A stretch of DNA of 63,931 bases, filler included, from Lama guanicoe (GCA_013239625.1; 160 parts of 160 records of this genome joined end to end with filler, not necessarily neighbours in it), one strand, 5' to 3'. Positions 38,289 to 50,804 are shown, numbered from the whole stretch's first letter. Program-made: numbers and translations. The notes: generated from the sequence alone by a model not told the origin.

Positions 38289-41200
38289 NNNNNNNNNNNN
38301 NNNNNNNNNNNNNNNNNNNNNNNNNNNNNNNNTTAATTAATTAANNNNNNNNNNNNNNNNNNNNNNNNNNNNNNNNNNNNNNNNNNNNTGTGGGATTCAA
38401 AGACCTGAAGTATCACACTTTTCAACGTGGAGTTTTTGTCCATTGGAAGGGATTCCTCCAGAACTCTCTTCAGCCTCACTGGAGCGCCCTCCCCCCATCA
38501 GGTTCTGATAACCAAGTCTGGGGCTGCCAAACTCCAAGGAAAAGACTCGTGATTCGCATGGCACATCTTTAAAAAGCACCAAACCCTGACTAGATCTTCA
38601 CACCATCTGGTGACCAGAAAGAAGAGACTTACCAGAACTGAAGCCAATGACATGTGATGAAACAGCTTTCCCAGGATATCTGGATCAGNNNNNNNNNNNN
38701 NNNNNNNNNNNNNNNNNNNNNNNNNNNNNNNNTTAATTAATTAANNNNNNNNNNNNNNNNNNNNNNNNNNNNNNNNNNNNNNNNNNNNAGAGTTTTTGTT
38801 TGCTTGTTTGTTTAGAATTATAAATAATATTGACATTCTTATTTTAATGGCTATTCCAGTAAGGACAATTTCAAATACAAGAAGCAGAAAGCTCACCTCT
38901 GATTAGCTATATCAGTGAGGGGGCTCTGCCCCCTAAAAATAAGTTGCTCATACACCTTGAAGCCTGAAGTATGGCAAGTTTAAGTAGGTTCAGTTAGCAG
39001 TTCACTTTTGTGGTCAAGGCCAGTTCGTTCTCTCTCCACTGAAGCCTAAATTGTTGACTCAAGTCTAAAGTGTTGTTGGTTACAATCTNNNNNNNNNNNN
39101 NNNNNNNNNNNNNNNNNNNNNNNNNNNNNNNNTTAATTAATTAANNNNNNNNNNNNNNNNNNNNNNNNNNNNNNNNNNNNNNNNNNNNTAAGTTACAGGA
39201 AAACAAGTCAGATTCCATTATAGCAAATTACGGAGCTGATTTATGCTGTTATAAACTACTTTATACACATGCCTACAAATAAACGTGAAACTCCTTAAAA
39301 TTAATGTAAATTAGTTATGCTGCTCATTCTAATATTCAGGCTAGAGATTCAGTAATTTTTCATAAGACTAGAATAAAGTGAATAAATGCTGAACCCTGTT
39401 GACATGCATACATATATGCATGAGTGTATGTATTTTTAGTATCTTCCTGAATTAACTGCATCTACTATGTTGATTTTTGGTTTGGGAANNNNNNNNNNNN
39501 NNNNNNNNNNNNNNNNNNNNNNNNNNNNNNNNTTAATTAATTAANNNNNNNNNNNNNNNNNNNNNNNNNNNNNNNNNNNNNNNNNNNNTCATTTATAAAT
39601 AGATGGAGAAAAGATTTCTTTACATGCCCAACAGTCTTACCCTTAATTGTACTATGAAGTCAGTTAAGAGCTCAGTTTTTGCAGATTCTTCAATTGAGGA
39701 AATGCTTGTCCTTTATGGCAAAACATTTTCAGGTTACATATAGAAAACGGGGGCAAATCTAAGTCAGTGACACAGTGCTGTGATCAGTGCTTGTGATGGG
39801 ATGTTAGTGTTCATACAGAACCTTCACACCAAGTCTTTTTGCCTGGTCATAGCTCTCTGCGGTAAAAGTGTTTAGGCTTTTTTTTTTTNNNNNNNNNNNN
39901 NNNNNNNNNNNNNNNNNNNNNNNNNNNNNNNNTTAATTAATTAANNNNNNNNNNNNNNNNNNNNNNNNNNNNNNNNNNNNNNNNNNNNAAAAAAAAAGAC
40001 TGAGATAGAATCAAAAGATAATTTCAATGCCTGGTCTAAAAAATGCAGATTCAAAATATTATATAATATACCACATATTATGTGAACCATATGAATGACA
40101 CACTCATTAATGTTTTAGATGCAAAAATCAAGCAAATTTTTTGACTTCTTTCTTTAATGAGTTATAGAATTAAGGAGTCATTTCTACCCTTGTGTAAAAA
40201 AGAATATTTCACCCTTTCCCTATATAGTTTGCTAAAATTACATGTTCTTGGTCCTAAAACCCCACTGGATGGAAAAAGCAAGACTCATNNNNNNNNNNNN
40301 NNNNNNNNNNNNNNNNNNNNNNNNNNNNNNNNTTAATTAATTAANNNNNNNNNNNNNNNNNNNNNNNNNNNNNNNNNNNNNNNNNNNNTTTTTTTTTTTA
40401 ATTTGTATACATTTAAACCCTCAGTTAGATTTATTGCCAATTATGCTAATAAATTGGCCAAGGCAAGGTATCTTTTATAAAATAATCTATCAGAGATTAT
40501 CATGATCTCTGACTTAGATAACATTAAGGAAGACACAGAAAGACATACTGGAAGCACTTTTCTCCCGACCCAAGCAAACTCACATGTTTCTAAAACTCAA
40601 TAAATAAAAAGAAAATTAGCAGTATGCAAATTATTTCAGAAGAAAAGCTCTCCACGGCACAGGCAGCTTTTGTTTGCAAGAAGTAAGCNNNNNNNNNNNN
40701 NNNNNNNNNNNNNNNNNNNNNNNNNNNNNNNNTTAATTAATTAANNNNNNNNNNNNNNNNNNNNNNNNNNNNNNNNNNNNNNNNNNNNGACCCACCCCTT
40801 CCCAGCTCACACTCCTGACCTCACACTTCTGTACACCCTGGTGTCATCACCTCCTCATTAGGGAAACAGACGCACCTCCCATGTCAAACCCCTGACACAG
40901 TGCTCCTCGGAGAGCAGGTCCTGACCAGCGTCCGCATGGTCAGTGAGCAACCGGAACTCGGGTCTACATCACTGACACCCAGGCCACGTCTGAGGACATG
41001 GGGCTGCATATGGGTGAGACCCCTGCCCTCTCCCCACTCGGGGTTTGTGAAGTGACAGGGTGTTCAGAGAGAGGGAGGGAGACAGAGANNNNNNNNNNNN
41101 NNNNNNNNNNNNNNNNNNNNNNNNNNNNNNNNTTAATTAATTAANNNNNNNNNNNNNNNNNNNNNNNNNNNNNNNNNNNNNNNNNNNNATAGATATTTCT

Positions 41201-42391
41201 AATTTTCTCTGTTTATCTATGAAGAAAGGAGGACAGTTACCTGGGAAAAAGCTAAATTTAAGCCAAAAACTTGTATGAATATAGCTACATGTAATTTTAG
41301 AACATGCAACTCAATGTCATCTTCAGTCCTAACCTAGTCCATCTTTTCTTTTTAAATCACATGACTTTTTAAATCCCTAAGCAAACTTCACACAAACAGC
41401 TCTCACCAAGATGATATAAATATCACCAAAAATGTAACTATAACACATTCATACACACAACTTGTAACCTGCTTTATTATAGAATTCATNNNNNNNNNNN
41501 NNNNNNNNNNNNNNNNNNNNNNNNNNNNNNNNNTTAATTAATTAANNNNNNNNNNNNNNNNNNNNNNNNNNNNNNNNNNNNNNNNNNNNAAACACAAGAG
41601 TCACCTGGAAACCAGCACCTGGGAAAGTCATCAGCTACTGTGTTGTGTATCAGCCCCATGGGGGCAGGAGACAGCTGGTGGGCTGAAGTGCCACCCACAG
41701 TCACCTCCACGTGTTAAAGTGGCTTCAGCCCCAGACCACGTACGACATCACAGTTCTCCCAGATTACAAGAGAGAAGAGGGGAAGCTTAGGCAAGGATCA
41801 GGAACGACAGGTACAAACTGATAATTTAGGGGGGAAAGTGAGCAATGTTTTAAAGGGCAATTAATGCATCTGCTTCCTTTGTAAATGTCTNNNNNNNNNN
41901 NNNNNNNNNNNNNNNNNNNNNNNNNNNNNNNNNNTTAATTAATTAANNNNNNNNNNNNNNNNNNNNNNNNNNNNNNNNNNNNNNNNNNNNTTGAAAATGA
42001 AATTGTTTCCTTAGTTTCCTTTTCAGGTAATTTATTACTGGTGCATCAAAACACAACGCAGTTTTGTGTGTTGATCTTCTGTCCTGCCAATTTGCTAAAC
42101 TATTTTCTAGCAGTAATAGTTTGCTTGTGGTTCCTTTAGGCTTTCTTAAAGATCATATTGCCTGGAGAAGAATAGCCCACAGACAGGTTACAACAGACAA
42201 ACAATGCTTTGAGAATAAGGGCTGTTCTGCTTCTTTTAGAGTAGGGACCAGGGTCCCACACTAGGTGTATGAGCTGCTTTCTTCAATACCANNNNNNNNN
42301 NNNNNNNNNNNNNNNNNNNNNNNNNNNNNNNNNNNTTAATTAATTAANNNNNNNNNNNNNNNNNNNNNNNNNNNNNNNNNNNNNNNNNNNN

Positions 42392-42692
42392 CTGTCATTT
42401 GGAGGAGACTCCCCACACTCAGGATACCTGTGCAAGTCTTAATGTGAGTGCTGGTGCTGGGGATACATATTCCACGCAATTTTATGGGGACACAGATGTT
42501 CCCAGGGAGGGAAAGTATTTTAAACACCTCCACAGCCCATAGAGAGGCACTCGTTATTACTTGGCTTTAGAGCCCAACCACAGCCCTTCGCTCCCAGCCC
42601 GTACTTGCAAAACACACAGAGAAGTCACCTAAGGGATCCTATTAGATCCCAGTTGATGCTGTCAGTTGGAGGTGCCTCCTCACACTCAGGAT
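42392..42692. repeat. Satellite-like tandem repeat, 267-bp monomer (1.1 units)
   Basis: ctgtcatttggaggagactccccacactcaggat (42392) recurs as ctgtcagttggaggtgcctcctcacactcaggat (42659): 30/34 identical, period 267. Confidence 0.8.
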
Positions 42693-43193
42693 NNNNNNNN
42701 NNNNNNNNNNNNNNNNNNNNNNNNNNNNNNNNNNNNTTAATTAATTAANNNNNNNNNNNNNNNNNNNNNNNNNNNNNNNNNNNNNNNNNNNNCCATGTTC
42801 AACCAGAAAGTACTCATACCCATATAAGTAACTTTAAATACCTGAGATGAAAGACCTAAATACTTTAAGTCACATTGCCAGGTTTTACTTATAAACACCA
42901 TTAATGTCACCCTTCACAAGGTTTGTGTCTTTCAATACCCAGGGCCACACTCCTAGGAAGAGTAATTTTAATTTCCTTTTAAAATATGAGTTTAAATGTT
43001 CTCTAAATTATCAGTCACCCATACTCTGAACTCACTCTTGATCATTTGTTTTTGTGCAAAATATGAAGATACTCCCCCCCCTTTTTTTTTTTTNNNNNNN
43101 NNNNNNNNNNNNNNNNNNNNNNNNNNNNNNNNNNNNNTTAATTAATTAANNNNNNNNNNNNNNNNNNNNNNNNNNNNNNNNNNNNNNNNNNNN

Positions 43194-43491
43194 TTTACAG
43201 TGAAAACTGCAGGAACTTCAAACCGGCACTAGGAAACAGCCTCAGAAATCAGAGTACGTGTTTATCATGAAACCCGTTCCCCTTGTGCTAGATGAACGAA
43301 TGTCTCTCCACATGCTCACTTCAGGGAGATATATGCGAGTGAAAGCTGTTCTTTACTTAGCTTGTTGGAAACACAAAGTTTCTTTTCAGTTGGAAACTAC
43401 ACTACAAACATATATTTGGGGAGGTATTAGCTCCAACTCGGATTTACAGTGAAAATAGCAGGAACTTCAAACCGGCACTAGGAAACAGACT
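43194..43491 (+). repeat. Satellite DNA, 249-bp monomer (1.2 units)
   Basis: The first 49 nt (tttacagtgaaaactgcaggaacttcaaaccggcactaggaaacag..) recur at 43443 with 3 mismatches. Related copies occur at 44795 and 61628. Confidence 0.9.
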
Positions 43492-44079
43492 NNNNNNNNN
43501 NNNNNNNNNNNNNNNNNNNNNNNNNNNNNNNNNNNTTAATTAATTAANNNNNNNNNNNNNNNNNNNNNNNNNNNNNNNNNNNNNNNNNNNNCAACTCATT
43601 ATTTCCTTCAGCATGATTGATCAAAATTTGATTTTCATTAGCAGTGGTAAAGCACAGCCTCACCCGTGGACACATATGTACAGTGTCTCTTGTACTGCTG
43701 CAGGTTCGTGTCTCACAAAAACACAACTTCTAGGATATTTTAGAATGAAATACTCCGCATAAGAATCAAGTATATTCCTTGCAAGGGTGGATTTCTCTCT
43801 TGACCACGTGTTGGTGAGGACTGAATCTTCTGCTTACGACTTCAGATGTCTGGTTATTGGGAAATTTTTACATAGACTAACTTTGGATGCTGNNNNNNNN
43901 NNNNNNNNNNNNNNNNNNNNNNNNNNNNNNNNNNNNTTAATTAATTAANNNNNNNNNNNNNNNNNNNNNNNNNNNNNNNNNNNNNNNNNNNNATATTCAT
44001 AGATTCTTGAGATTAGGAAATGGCTATCTTTGAGAGCCAACCACAACATACATTCTGCATTAGTTGGTAAAACCATTAA

Positions 44080-44293
44080 ACTGGAAATCAGAAAGCAATT
44101 AGAACAACTAAACAACACCATTAACCAACAGAATCTATAGATATTTATAGAATATTCTATACAACCAGAGCAAAACATACATTGTCTTCATTGGGATACT
44201 CACCAAGACTGCTCTTATCTTTCATCATAATAAAAATTTTAATATATTTCAAAGAACTGAAACCATATAGAGCATGTACATTTTCTGACCATA
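44080..44293 (+). mobile_element. LINE-1 ORF2 endonuclease fragment
   Basis: aacaacaccattaaccaacagaatcta, gatatttatagaa, catacatt..cttca, tcaccaaga, ttttctgaccata. Confidence 0.8.
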
Positions 44294-44393
44294 NNNNNNN
44301 NNNNNNNNNNNNNNNNNNNNNNNNNNNNNNNNNNNNNTTAATTAATTAANNNNNNNNNNNNNNNNNNNNNNNNNNNNNNNNNNNNNNNNNNNN

Positions 44394-44583
44394 GCCCCCT
44401 GGACGCCACCATCGAGGGCCCCAACTTCGAGTTCTCCACGGAGACGCACGAGGAACTACTGTACAACAAGGACAAGCTGCTCAACAACGGGGACGAGTGG
44501 GAGGCCGAGATCGCTGCCAGGCTGACTACCTCTACCGCTGACGTGCCCGCCCAGCCGGCCCGTGGCCCCTCCTGCCCAATAAA
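44394..44583 (+). pseudogene. NDUFS8: NDUFS8 processed pseudogene: 3' CDS, stop (44539-44541), 3'UTR and AATAAA (44578-44583)
   Basis: (C)[41 protein letters not shown]/ADYLYR* versus recalled NDUFS8 [51 protein letters not shown]. There is a 7-bp frameshifting deletion in the NIQ codons and no intron at E|GPNF, where I recall the parent gene has one. Confidence 0.9.
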
Positions 44584-44794
44584 GAAGCTCCCCAACCCCC
44601 ACCCCCACCCCACCCCCAAAAGCAGTGTTAGAGAGAAATGTATCATTTTAAACGGATAAGAGACTCTGATAAACAACGTAAGCAAATATATTTGNNNNNN
44701 NNNNNNNNNNNNNNNNNNNNNNNNNNNNNNNNNNNNNNTTAATTAATTAANNNNNNNNNNNNNNNNNNNNNNNNNNNNNNNNNNNNNNNNNNNN

Positions 44795-45092
44795 GTTTGC
44801 AGGGGAAACCCTTTCTCTGGTTTCTCAGTCTGTTTCCTAGTGCTAGTTTGAAGTGCCTGCAGTTTTCACTGTAAACCTATTTGGAGCTAGTACCTCCCAA
44901 TATATATGCTTGTAGTGTAGTTACCAACTGGAAAGGACCTTTGTGTTCCCAACAAGTTAATTGATGGAAGGCTTTAACACTCACATATGTCTCAGAAGTG
45001 AATATGTGGATAAAAGTTCATTCACCTAGTACATAGGCAACAGTATGCAGGAAATACACTTTCTCTAGTGTCTCAGTCTGTTTCCTAGTGCT
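44795..45092 (-). repeat. Satellite DNA, same ~249-bp family, opposite orientation (period 248)
   Basis: ctcagtctgtttcctagtgct at 44824 and 45072; the reverse complement aligns with 43194-43491. Confidence 0.9.
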
Positions 45093-45994
45093 NNNNNNNN
45101 NNNNNNNNNNNNNNNNNNNNNNNNNNNNNNNNNNNNTTAATTAATTAANNNNNNNNNNNNNNNNNNNNNNNNNNNNNNNNNNNNNNNNNNNNTAATAAAG
45201 TAGAAAATATCAGAGTGCTATTGGAAATTAATATTTCTCAGCCATAGATTTAGAAAGTTTTAGCTAGTCTGTTGTTGACTCCACCCTGAAGACTCATTCC
45301 TCAGTTCTGCTAAGCCAGAGAAAAGCCCTGTAGAATGCCTGGCTAGTAATGGTTCTCACTGTATCCATCTTTTCTTTCCTTTTTATGTCTCATCAAAGAA
45401 AAGAGATCTCATCAATTTTAGGCAGAGCCTTTGAAATGTATTTTGTTGCTCAGAAGTAGACGTCCTAACTCAGTTTCTTAAACTTTTTGTTTCNNNNNNN
45501 NNNNNNNNNNNNNNNNNNNNNNNNNNNNNNNNNNNNNTTAATTAATTAANNNNNNNNNNNNNNNNNNNNNNNNNNNNNNNNNNNNNNNNNNNNTCAGATC
45601 TAAAGAGGGTATGCAAATTGCCCAAAGCCACAGGGAGAGGGTAAGTGACAGAGCCGGGACAGCAACATGGGTCTGCCTGATAAAGCCTGTAACCACAGCC
45701 ATCAAGTTCTATCATCTGGATTTTTCCATGATGAGAAGCTGAGGCTTTTACTTCCCCCCTCCCCACCCCATGGCTGGACACCTGCATCTCAGATAACACA
45801 AACTCTTCACAGAGGCAGCCCCAATCCTCCATCAATGCCCATGTCTTAGGTCAGGTTCCAAACAGGCAGACCTCAAGACAAGGATTTGGGTGCANNNNNN
45901 NNNNNNNNNNNNNNNNNNNNNNNNNNNNNNNNNNNNNNTTAATTAATTAANNNNNNNNNNNNNNNNNNNNNNNNNNNNNNNNNNNNNNNNNNNN

Positions 45995-46083
45995 TATTTC
46001 TTTTTTTTATGGAGGTACTGGGGATTGAACCCAGGACCTCCCATATGCTAAGCACGTGCTGTATCACAGAGCTACACTCATCC
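45995..46083 (-). mobile_element. Camelid-type tRNA-derived SINE (Vic-1/SINE_Vpa-like)
   Basis: tttttatggaggtactggggattgaacccaggacctcccatatgctaagcacgtgct...gagcta is the reverse complement of the element at 53207. Confidence 0.85.
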
Positions 46084-46613
46084 TCCTCCTCCCCACTTTT
46101 TTGATCACGCCTCATCCTCAAGGCTATTTTGGCAGGGAACAGTGGGCAGTTAAAGGAGAGATGAGTTGAGAAGCTCTGGGAATCCCTGGGTGTGGGTGTG
46201 GTTGAATGATCCTCTCGTCTCTGCTGGGGAATCTGCAGATAGGTGAGAAGCGACTGCATTTGTCTTCCAAACAATGTCCAGGCTGAAACTGCTNNNNNNN
46301 NNNNNNNNNNNNNNNNNNNNNNNNNNNNNNNNNNNNNTTAATTAATTAANNNNNNNNNNNNNNNNNNNNNNNNNNNNNNNNNNNNNNNNNNNNATATGCA
46401 TATGGTAAAAAATTTCAGAGCACAAAAATACACAAAGGAAAGGTTTCCCTCATTCTCTGTTGTCTCAGCCGTCCCTGGATATGTCACTGTTTACAGTCCT
46501 TTGTGTGTTTTTCCAAATACGCTGTGCACATTCCAACCTATACATGTAAATTCCTTTAACATTTTACTTATTTTTAACCTAAAGGAATTTAAAACCTTAA
46601 GTGGCTTCTGCCC

Positions 46614-46694
46614 TGTGATAGAAAAGAACAAATCTGATTCTACAATAGATCTGTTCCTTTGACTTTAACCCTGTGCCCTGTTTCCTAGGCTTAG
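46614..46694 (+). mobile_element. LTR-like repeat terminus, same family as 9830-9890
   Basis: TGTGATAGAAAAGAACAAATCTGATTCTACAATAGATCTGTTCCTTTGACTTTAACCCTGTG. Confidence 0.7.
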
Positions 46695-46967
46695 NNNNNN
46701 NNNNNNNNNNNNNNNNNNNNNNNNNNNNNNNNNNNNNNTTAATTAATTAANNNNNNNNNNNNNNNNNNNNNNNNNNNNNNNNNNNNNNNNNNNNTCTAAT
46801 AGCAGCATTTACTAATGCCAAACTTAAATTCAAACACGAGTAAGTATAAATAATCCAACCCAATATTATCACAACTTAACCAACCAGAAAAATAGAGCAA
46901 CAGTTTATAAGAATAACATAATGTTGACTTACCTTTGAAGAGAAAAAACATTTTAAAGTTCCCTTAC

Positions 46968-47071
46968 CTCTGGTTTGTACCCCCTTTCTGCAGGCATTGC
47001 TGGTGCCCATTATCCCCTGCCTGACCGACTTGGGCTCTAAGATACTGGAGCTCCATTTCTGTGGCTTCCAC
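46968..47071 (-). other. Candidate internal exon of an unidentified gene
   Basis: Acceptor gttctttgtaatcacag| and donor |gtaagg, with a second donor aag|gtaagt 35 nt downstream. Two open frames, e.g. VEATEMELQYLRAQVGQAGDNGHQQCLQKGGTNQ. No homology recognised. Confidence 0.3.
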
Positions 47072-47195
47072 CTGTGATTACAAAGAACAGCAGACNNNNN
47101 NNNNNNNNNNNNNNNNNNNNNNNNNNNNNNNNNNNNNNNTTAATTAATTAANNNNNNNNNNNNNNNNNNNNNNNNNNNNNNNNNNNNNNNNNNNN

Positions 47196-47496
47196 ACCAC
47201 AGATCATGTGGTACTGTAGTACATATTTATTTTTCAAAAATCAACATATAAGGATACACATAGTTCAAACCTGCATTGTTCAAGGGTCACCTGAATATCC
47301 AAGGGAAATGAAACCATCCTCCAAAGTACACCTGCCCTCCCATGCTCACTGCAGCATTATTCACAGCAACCAAGGGATGGAAACTAGGTAAATGTCCATC
47401 CGCGAATGAATGGATCAAGAAAATGTGTCATATGTATACAACGGAATATTATCCAACCTTAAAAGAAGAAGGAAATCCTATCATTTGTAGCAAAGC
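47196..47496 (+). mobile_element. Tigger2/MER8-like terminus (to ~47293) abutting a LINE-1 3' fragment
   Basis: agttcaaacctgcattgttcaagggtcacctg followed by tatccaagggaaatgaaa...cactgcagcattattcacagca...aaatgtccatc...gaatggat. Confidence 0.75.
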
Positions 47497-48799
47497 NNNN
47501 NNNNNNNNNNNNNNNNNNNNNNNNNNNNNNNNNNNNNNNNTTAATTAATTAANNNNNNNNNNNNNNNNNNNNNNNNNNNNNNNNNNNNNNNNNNNNAATA
47601 TTTCCATTAATTGAATCATATAGGACTCTCAGTAATGATCAATGTATATACATCGCATAATTTGGATTAAGATGAAATGTTAAAATATTAATTTTGATGC
47701 ACAAACATCCACAGGGTTTAGCCACTGGGAATTCTTTCAGGTTGGCCCCTGCATCACTTTGAAAATGGCGAATACTTTGGATAGTTGAATACTTTATTAC
47801 TCTCTGGAAACACTAGAATCTACAGTCTCATCTCTTACTTTCTCTTGCCTCTCTCTGTGTCCTCTCCCAAGGAGTGGACAATTCATGGATGGACCAGNNN
47901 NNNNNNNNNNNNNNNNNNNNNNNNNNNNNNNNNNNNNNNNNTTAATTAATTAANNNNNNNNNNNNNNNNNNNNNNNNNNNNNNNNNNNNNNNNNNNNTAT
48001 GGTCTAGAAAGTCCATTGTGGCTTTTGAAAATTGAGATTAGATTAAGTTAGGGGAAATTTCTAGCAACTTGTTTATTGCAGTGAGAAACTTGAGTCTGGG
48101 TTTGTTCTGGTATTTCTCCCCAAAGTGTACAGATCTCAAGTTTGGGTTGCATTTTCACAGTCCTTTTAGGGTGGCACCTCATTCCATTTGGTAAACCATC
48201 GTCAGCAGCTGCATTCTATGTAAAGGAGTGCTTAGTTGTCCTGTAAGAAGTCATTTGAACTTTCCAAGTTGAGAATGGAATTCTTACAGCAAGACACTNN
48301 NNNNNNNNNNNNNNNNNNNNNNNNNNNNNNNNNNNNNNNNNNTTAATTAATTAANNNNNNNNNNNNNNNNNNNNNNNNNNNNNNNNNNNNNNNNNNNNGC
48401 TCTAACTGTTCAAACATTTTTTCCTTCTATTAAAGAAAAAAATCTCCCAACAGCTTGTACTTTTTTATTTACAACAAGGGTGAAAAAATGGCTAATAAGT
48501 TACTTATTGGTAATTTGATTCTTGAGTGCATTGCTTGGCGATCTCAGAAGAGCCTCCTCCCTTTCTTCTCCCAGGAGGACTTCCTCAGTCTTCTTAACAG
48601 CATGGAGAAAGGGAAAGAGCTCTAGACGAGCATTCAGGAGACCTGGGTGCTGACCCCAGCTAAACTACGTGTAAGGTTTGGCAAGTCTGTCCCTGGGTCN
48701 NNNNNNNNNNNNNNNNNNNNNNNNNNNNNNNNNNNNNNNNNNNTTAATTAATTAANNNNNNNNNNNNNNNNNNNNNNNNNNNNNNNNNNNNNNNNNNNN

Positions 48800-49100
48800 C
48801 CGTCCCGCGTTCCACAGTGCGCCTGGCCCCCGGGGGGAGGGTGGGAGGGAGGGAGAGGGCCGGTGGGCGCCAGCGGCCCACGGCGGGCCCCACGGAGCCC
48901 CGCGACCCGCCGAGCCTGGAGCCGGGCCCGGGCGAGGAAGCCGGCTCCAGCCCGGAGCAAACTTCGCAGCCGGGCGGGGGGTGGCGGGGACCCCGTCCGG
49001 AGCCGGAGGAGGGGCCGGCCGCGGGCCCTCCCGCCGCTGCTCCCGCGTCTCCGGGCACCATGCTGTCCAACTCCGGTGCGGTTCCTCAGCCCGCCGCCGC
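48800..49100 (+). CDS. MAPKAPK2: CpG island with 5'UTR and start of a MAPKAPK2-like exon 1 (ATG at 49060)
   Basis: ggagccggaggagggg..ggccgcggg...ccgggcaccATGCTGTCCAACTCC (MLSNS) matches the recalled human MAPKAPK2 5'UTR and start. Strong Kozak. Only 13 codons are visible. Confidence 0.65.
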
Positions 49101-49601
49101 NNNNNNNNNNNNNNNNNNNNNNNNNNNNNNNNNNNNNNNNNNNNTTAATTAATTAANNNNNNNNNNNNNNNNNNNNNNNNNNNNNNNNNNNNNNNNNNNN
49201 GGCACTGGATTAGAGCAAAATCATCCACTTGAAGCTGGGTATTAAGCCACGTGTAAGCCAGCATTTACGGAAGAGGAGCCCCCTCCCTGTTCTAGAAACA
49301 CAGCAGCCATTCCAGAGGACAGAGCCCTCACAAGCGGTACCCATGGGTGGTTCTATCTGGTCAAGGACCGGGGTTGCAGAGAATCAGCAAGTCTACTGGG
49401 GAAGAGGAGACCGTCTTTCAAGTGGTGGTACCACGTCCTCCTCCTACTCAACCTGGGTCTCGGGCCGCCTGCCTCCACTCCTCCATCGATGGGGGTCGGG
49501 CNNNNNNNNNNNNNNNNNNNNNNNNNNNNNNNNNNNNNNNNNNNNTTAATTAATTAANNNNNNNNNNNNNNNNNNNNNNNNNNNNNNNNNNNNNNNNNNN
49601 N

Positions 49602-49902
49602 AAAAAAAATGAAAACATGTAGGTACACAATATGCAAACATTTGTATCAGCATTATTTATAAGAGCTAAACACTAAAAAATCCAAATATCCATGAAACAG
49701 TGAACAGATTAAAAAAATGTGGTATTTCCATAGGCTGGAATATCACTCTGCAGTAAAAATGAACTGAACATTGATACATGTGACCATTTGGATGAACCCA
49801 AAAGATTACTCTGAGGGAGAGAAATCATACTCAAGAGTTGACGTGATGCAAGGGATTTTTAGGGCAATGAAATTATTCTGCATGACACTATAGTGGTGGC
49901 TA
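49602..49902 (+). mobile_element. Old LINE-1 3' fragment
   Basis: cagcattatttataagagctaaa, ccaaatatccatgaaacagtgaa, aatgtggtatt, tggatgaacc, aattattctgcatgacactatagtggtgg. Confidence 0.8.
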
Positions 49903-50403
49903 NNNNNNNNNNNNNNNNNNNNNNNNNNNNNNNNNNNNNNNNNNNNTTAATTAATTAANNNNNNNNNNNNNNNNNNNNNNNNNNNNNNNNNNNNNNNNNN
50001 NNTTCAATAAAGTAGTTAATAGGAAAGTTGGTACAGTTTTCCAGCTATTAAAGTATTAGTATCCTGACATTTGAGAATTCATAACATGAAGGCAACTTTC
50101 ACATCCTTTATCTTTGAATATGTGTGGTGTTTTATTAGAGTTTGTGAAATGTGCTCACGTTAGTTTGCTCACATGAACCTCTCGTAGGTGTTGGAATGAT
50201 TTATTGTCCCTCCTTTACTGGAAGGGCATCTTAGCCTTGAGAAAGGCCAGGGTCGTCACACTGTGAGCTAGTTGAGCTGAAGCTAGACTTGGCAGAGTGT
50301 CCCNNNNNNNNNNNNNNNNNNNNNNNNNNNNNNNNNNNNNNNNNNNNTTAATTAATTAANNNNNNNNNNNNNNNNNNNNNNNNNNNNNNNNNNNNNNNNN
50401 NNN

Positions 50404-50704
50404 ATCAGTTTAAAGCAAGTAGATACAGTTATAGGTCAACATATATGAACCCTATGGTAACCACAAATAAAACACAGCTACAGTAGATACACAAAAACTA
50501 GAGAGAAGGGAACTCAATCATAAAAACTAGAGAAACTCATCAATCCACAAGGGAAGAAACTAAGAGAAAAAAAGAAAAGAACTACAAAAACAACCAAAAA
50601 ACAAGGAACAAAATGGCAATAAATACATACCCATCAATAACCACTTTCAGTGTCAACAAACTAAATGCTACAATTAAAAGACAGGGTGACTGACTGAAAA
50701 AAAA
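50404..50704 (+). mobile_element. LINE-1 inter-ORF spacer and ORF2 start (ATG 50613), degenerate
   Basis: atggtaaccacaaa spacer motif, then ATGGCAATAAATACATACCCATCAATAACCACTTTCAGTGTCAACAAACTAAATGCTACAATTAAAAGACA, similar to the ORF2 start MAI.TYLSIITLNVNGLNAPIKR. Confidence 0.9.
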
Positions 50705-50804
50705 NNNNNNNNNNNNNNNNNNNNNNNNNNNNNNNNNNNNNNNNNNNNTTAATTAATTAANNNNNNNNNNNNNNNNNNNNNNNNNNNNNNNNNNNNNNNN
50801 NNNN

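Noticed and set aside
38630..38688. Minus-strand exon end with a strong donor (CTG|GTAAGT)
   Set aside because: Only about 56 nt are visible and no peptide is recognisable, which is insufficient support.
49201..49501. Possible gammaretroviral gag-like or coding fragment
   Set aside because: No diagnostic motif, and all plus frames have stops near the start.
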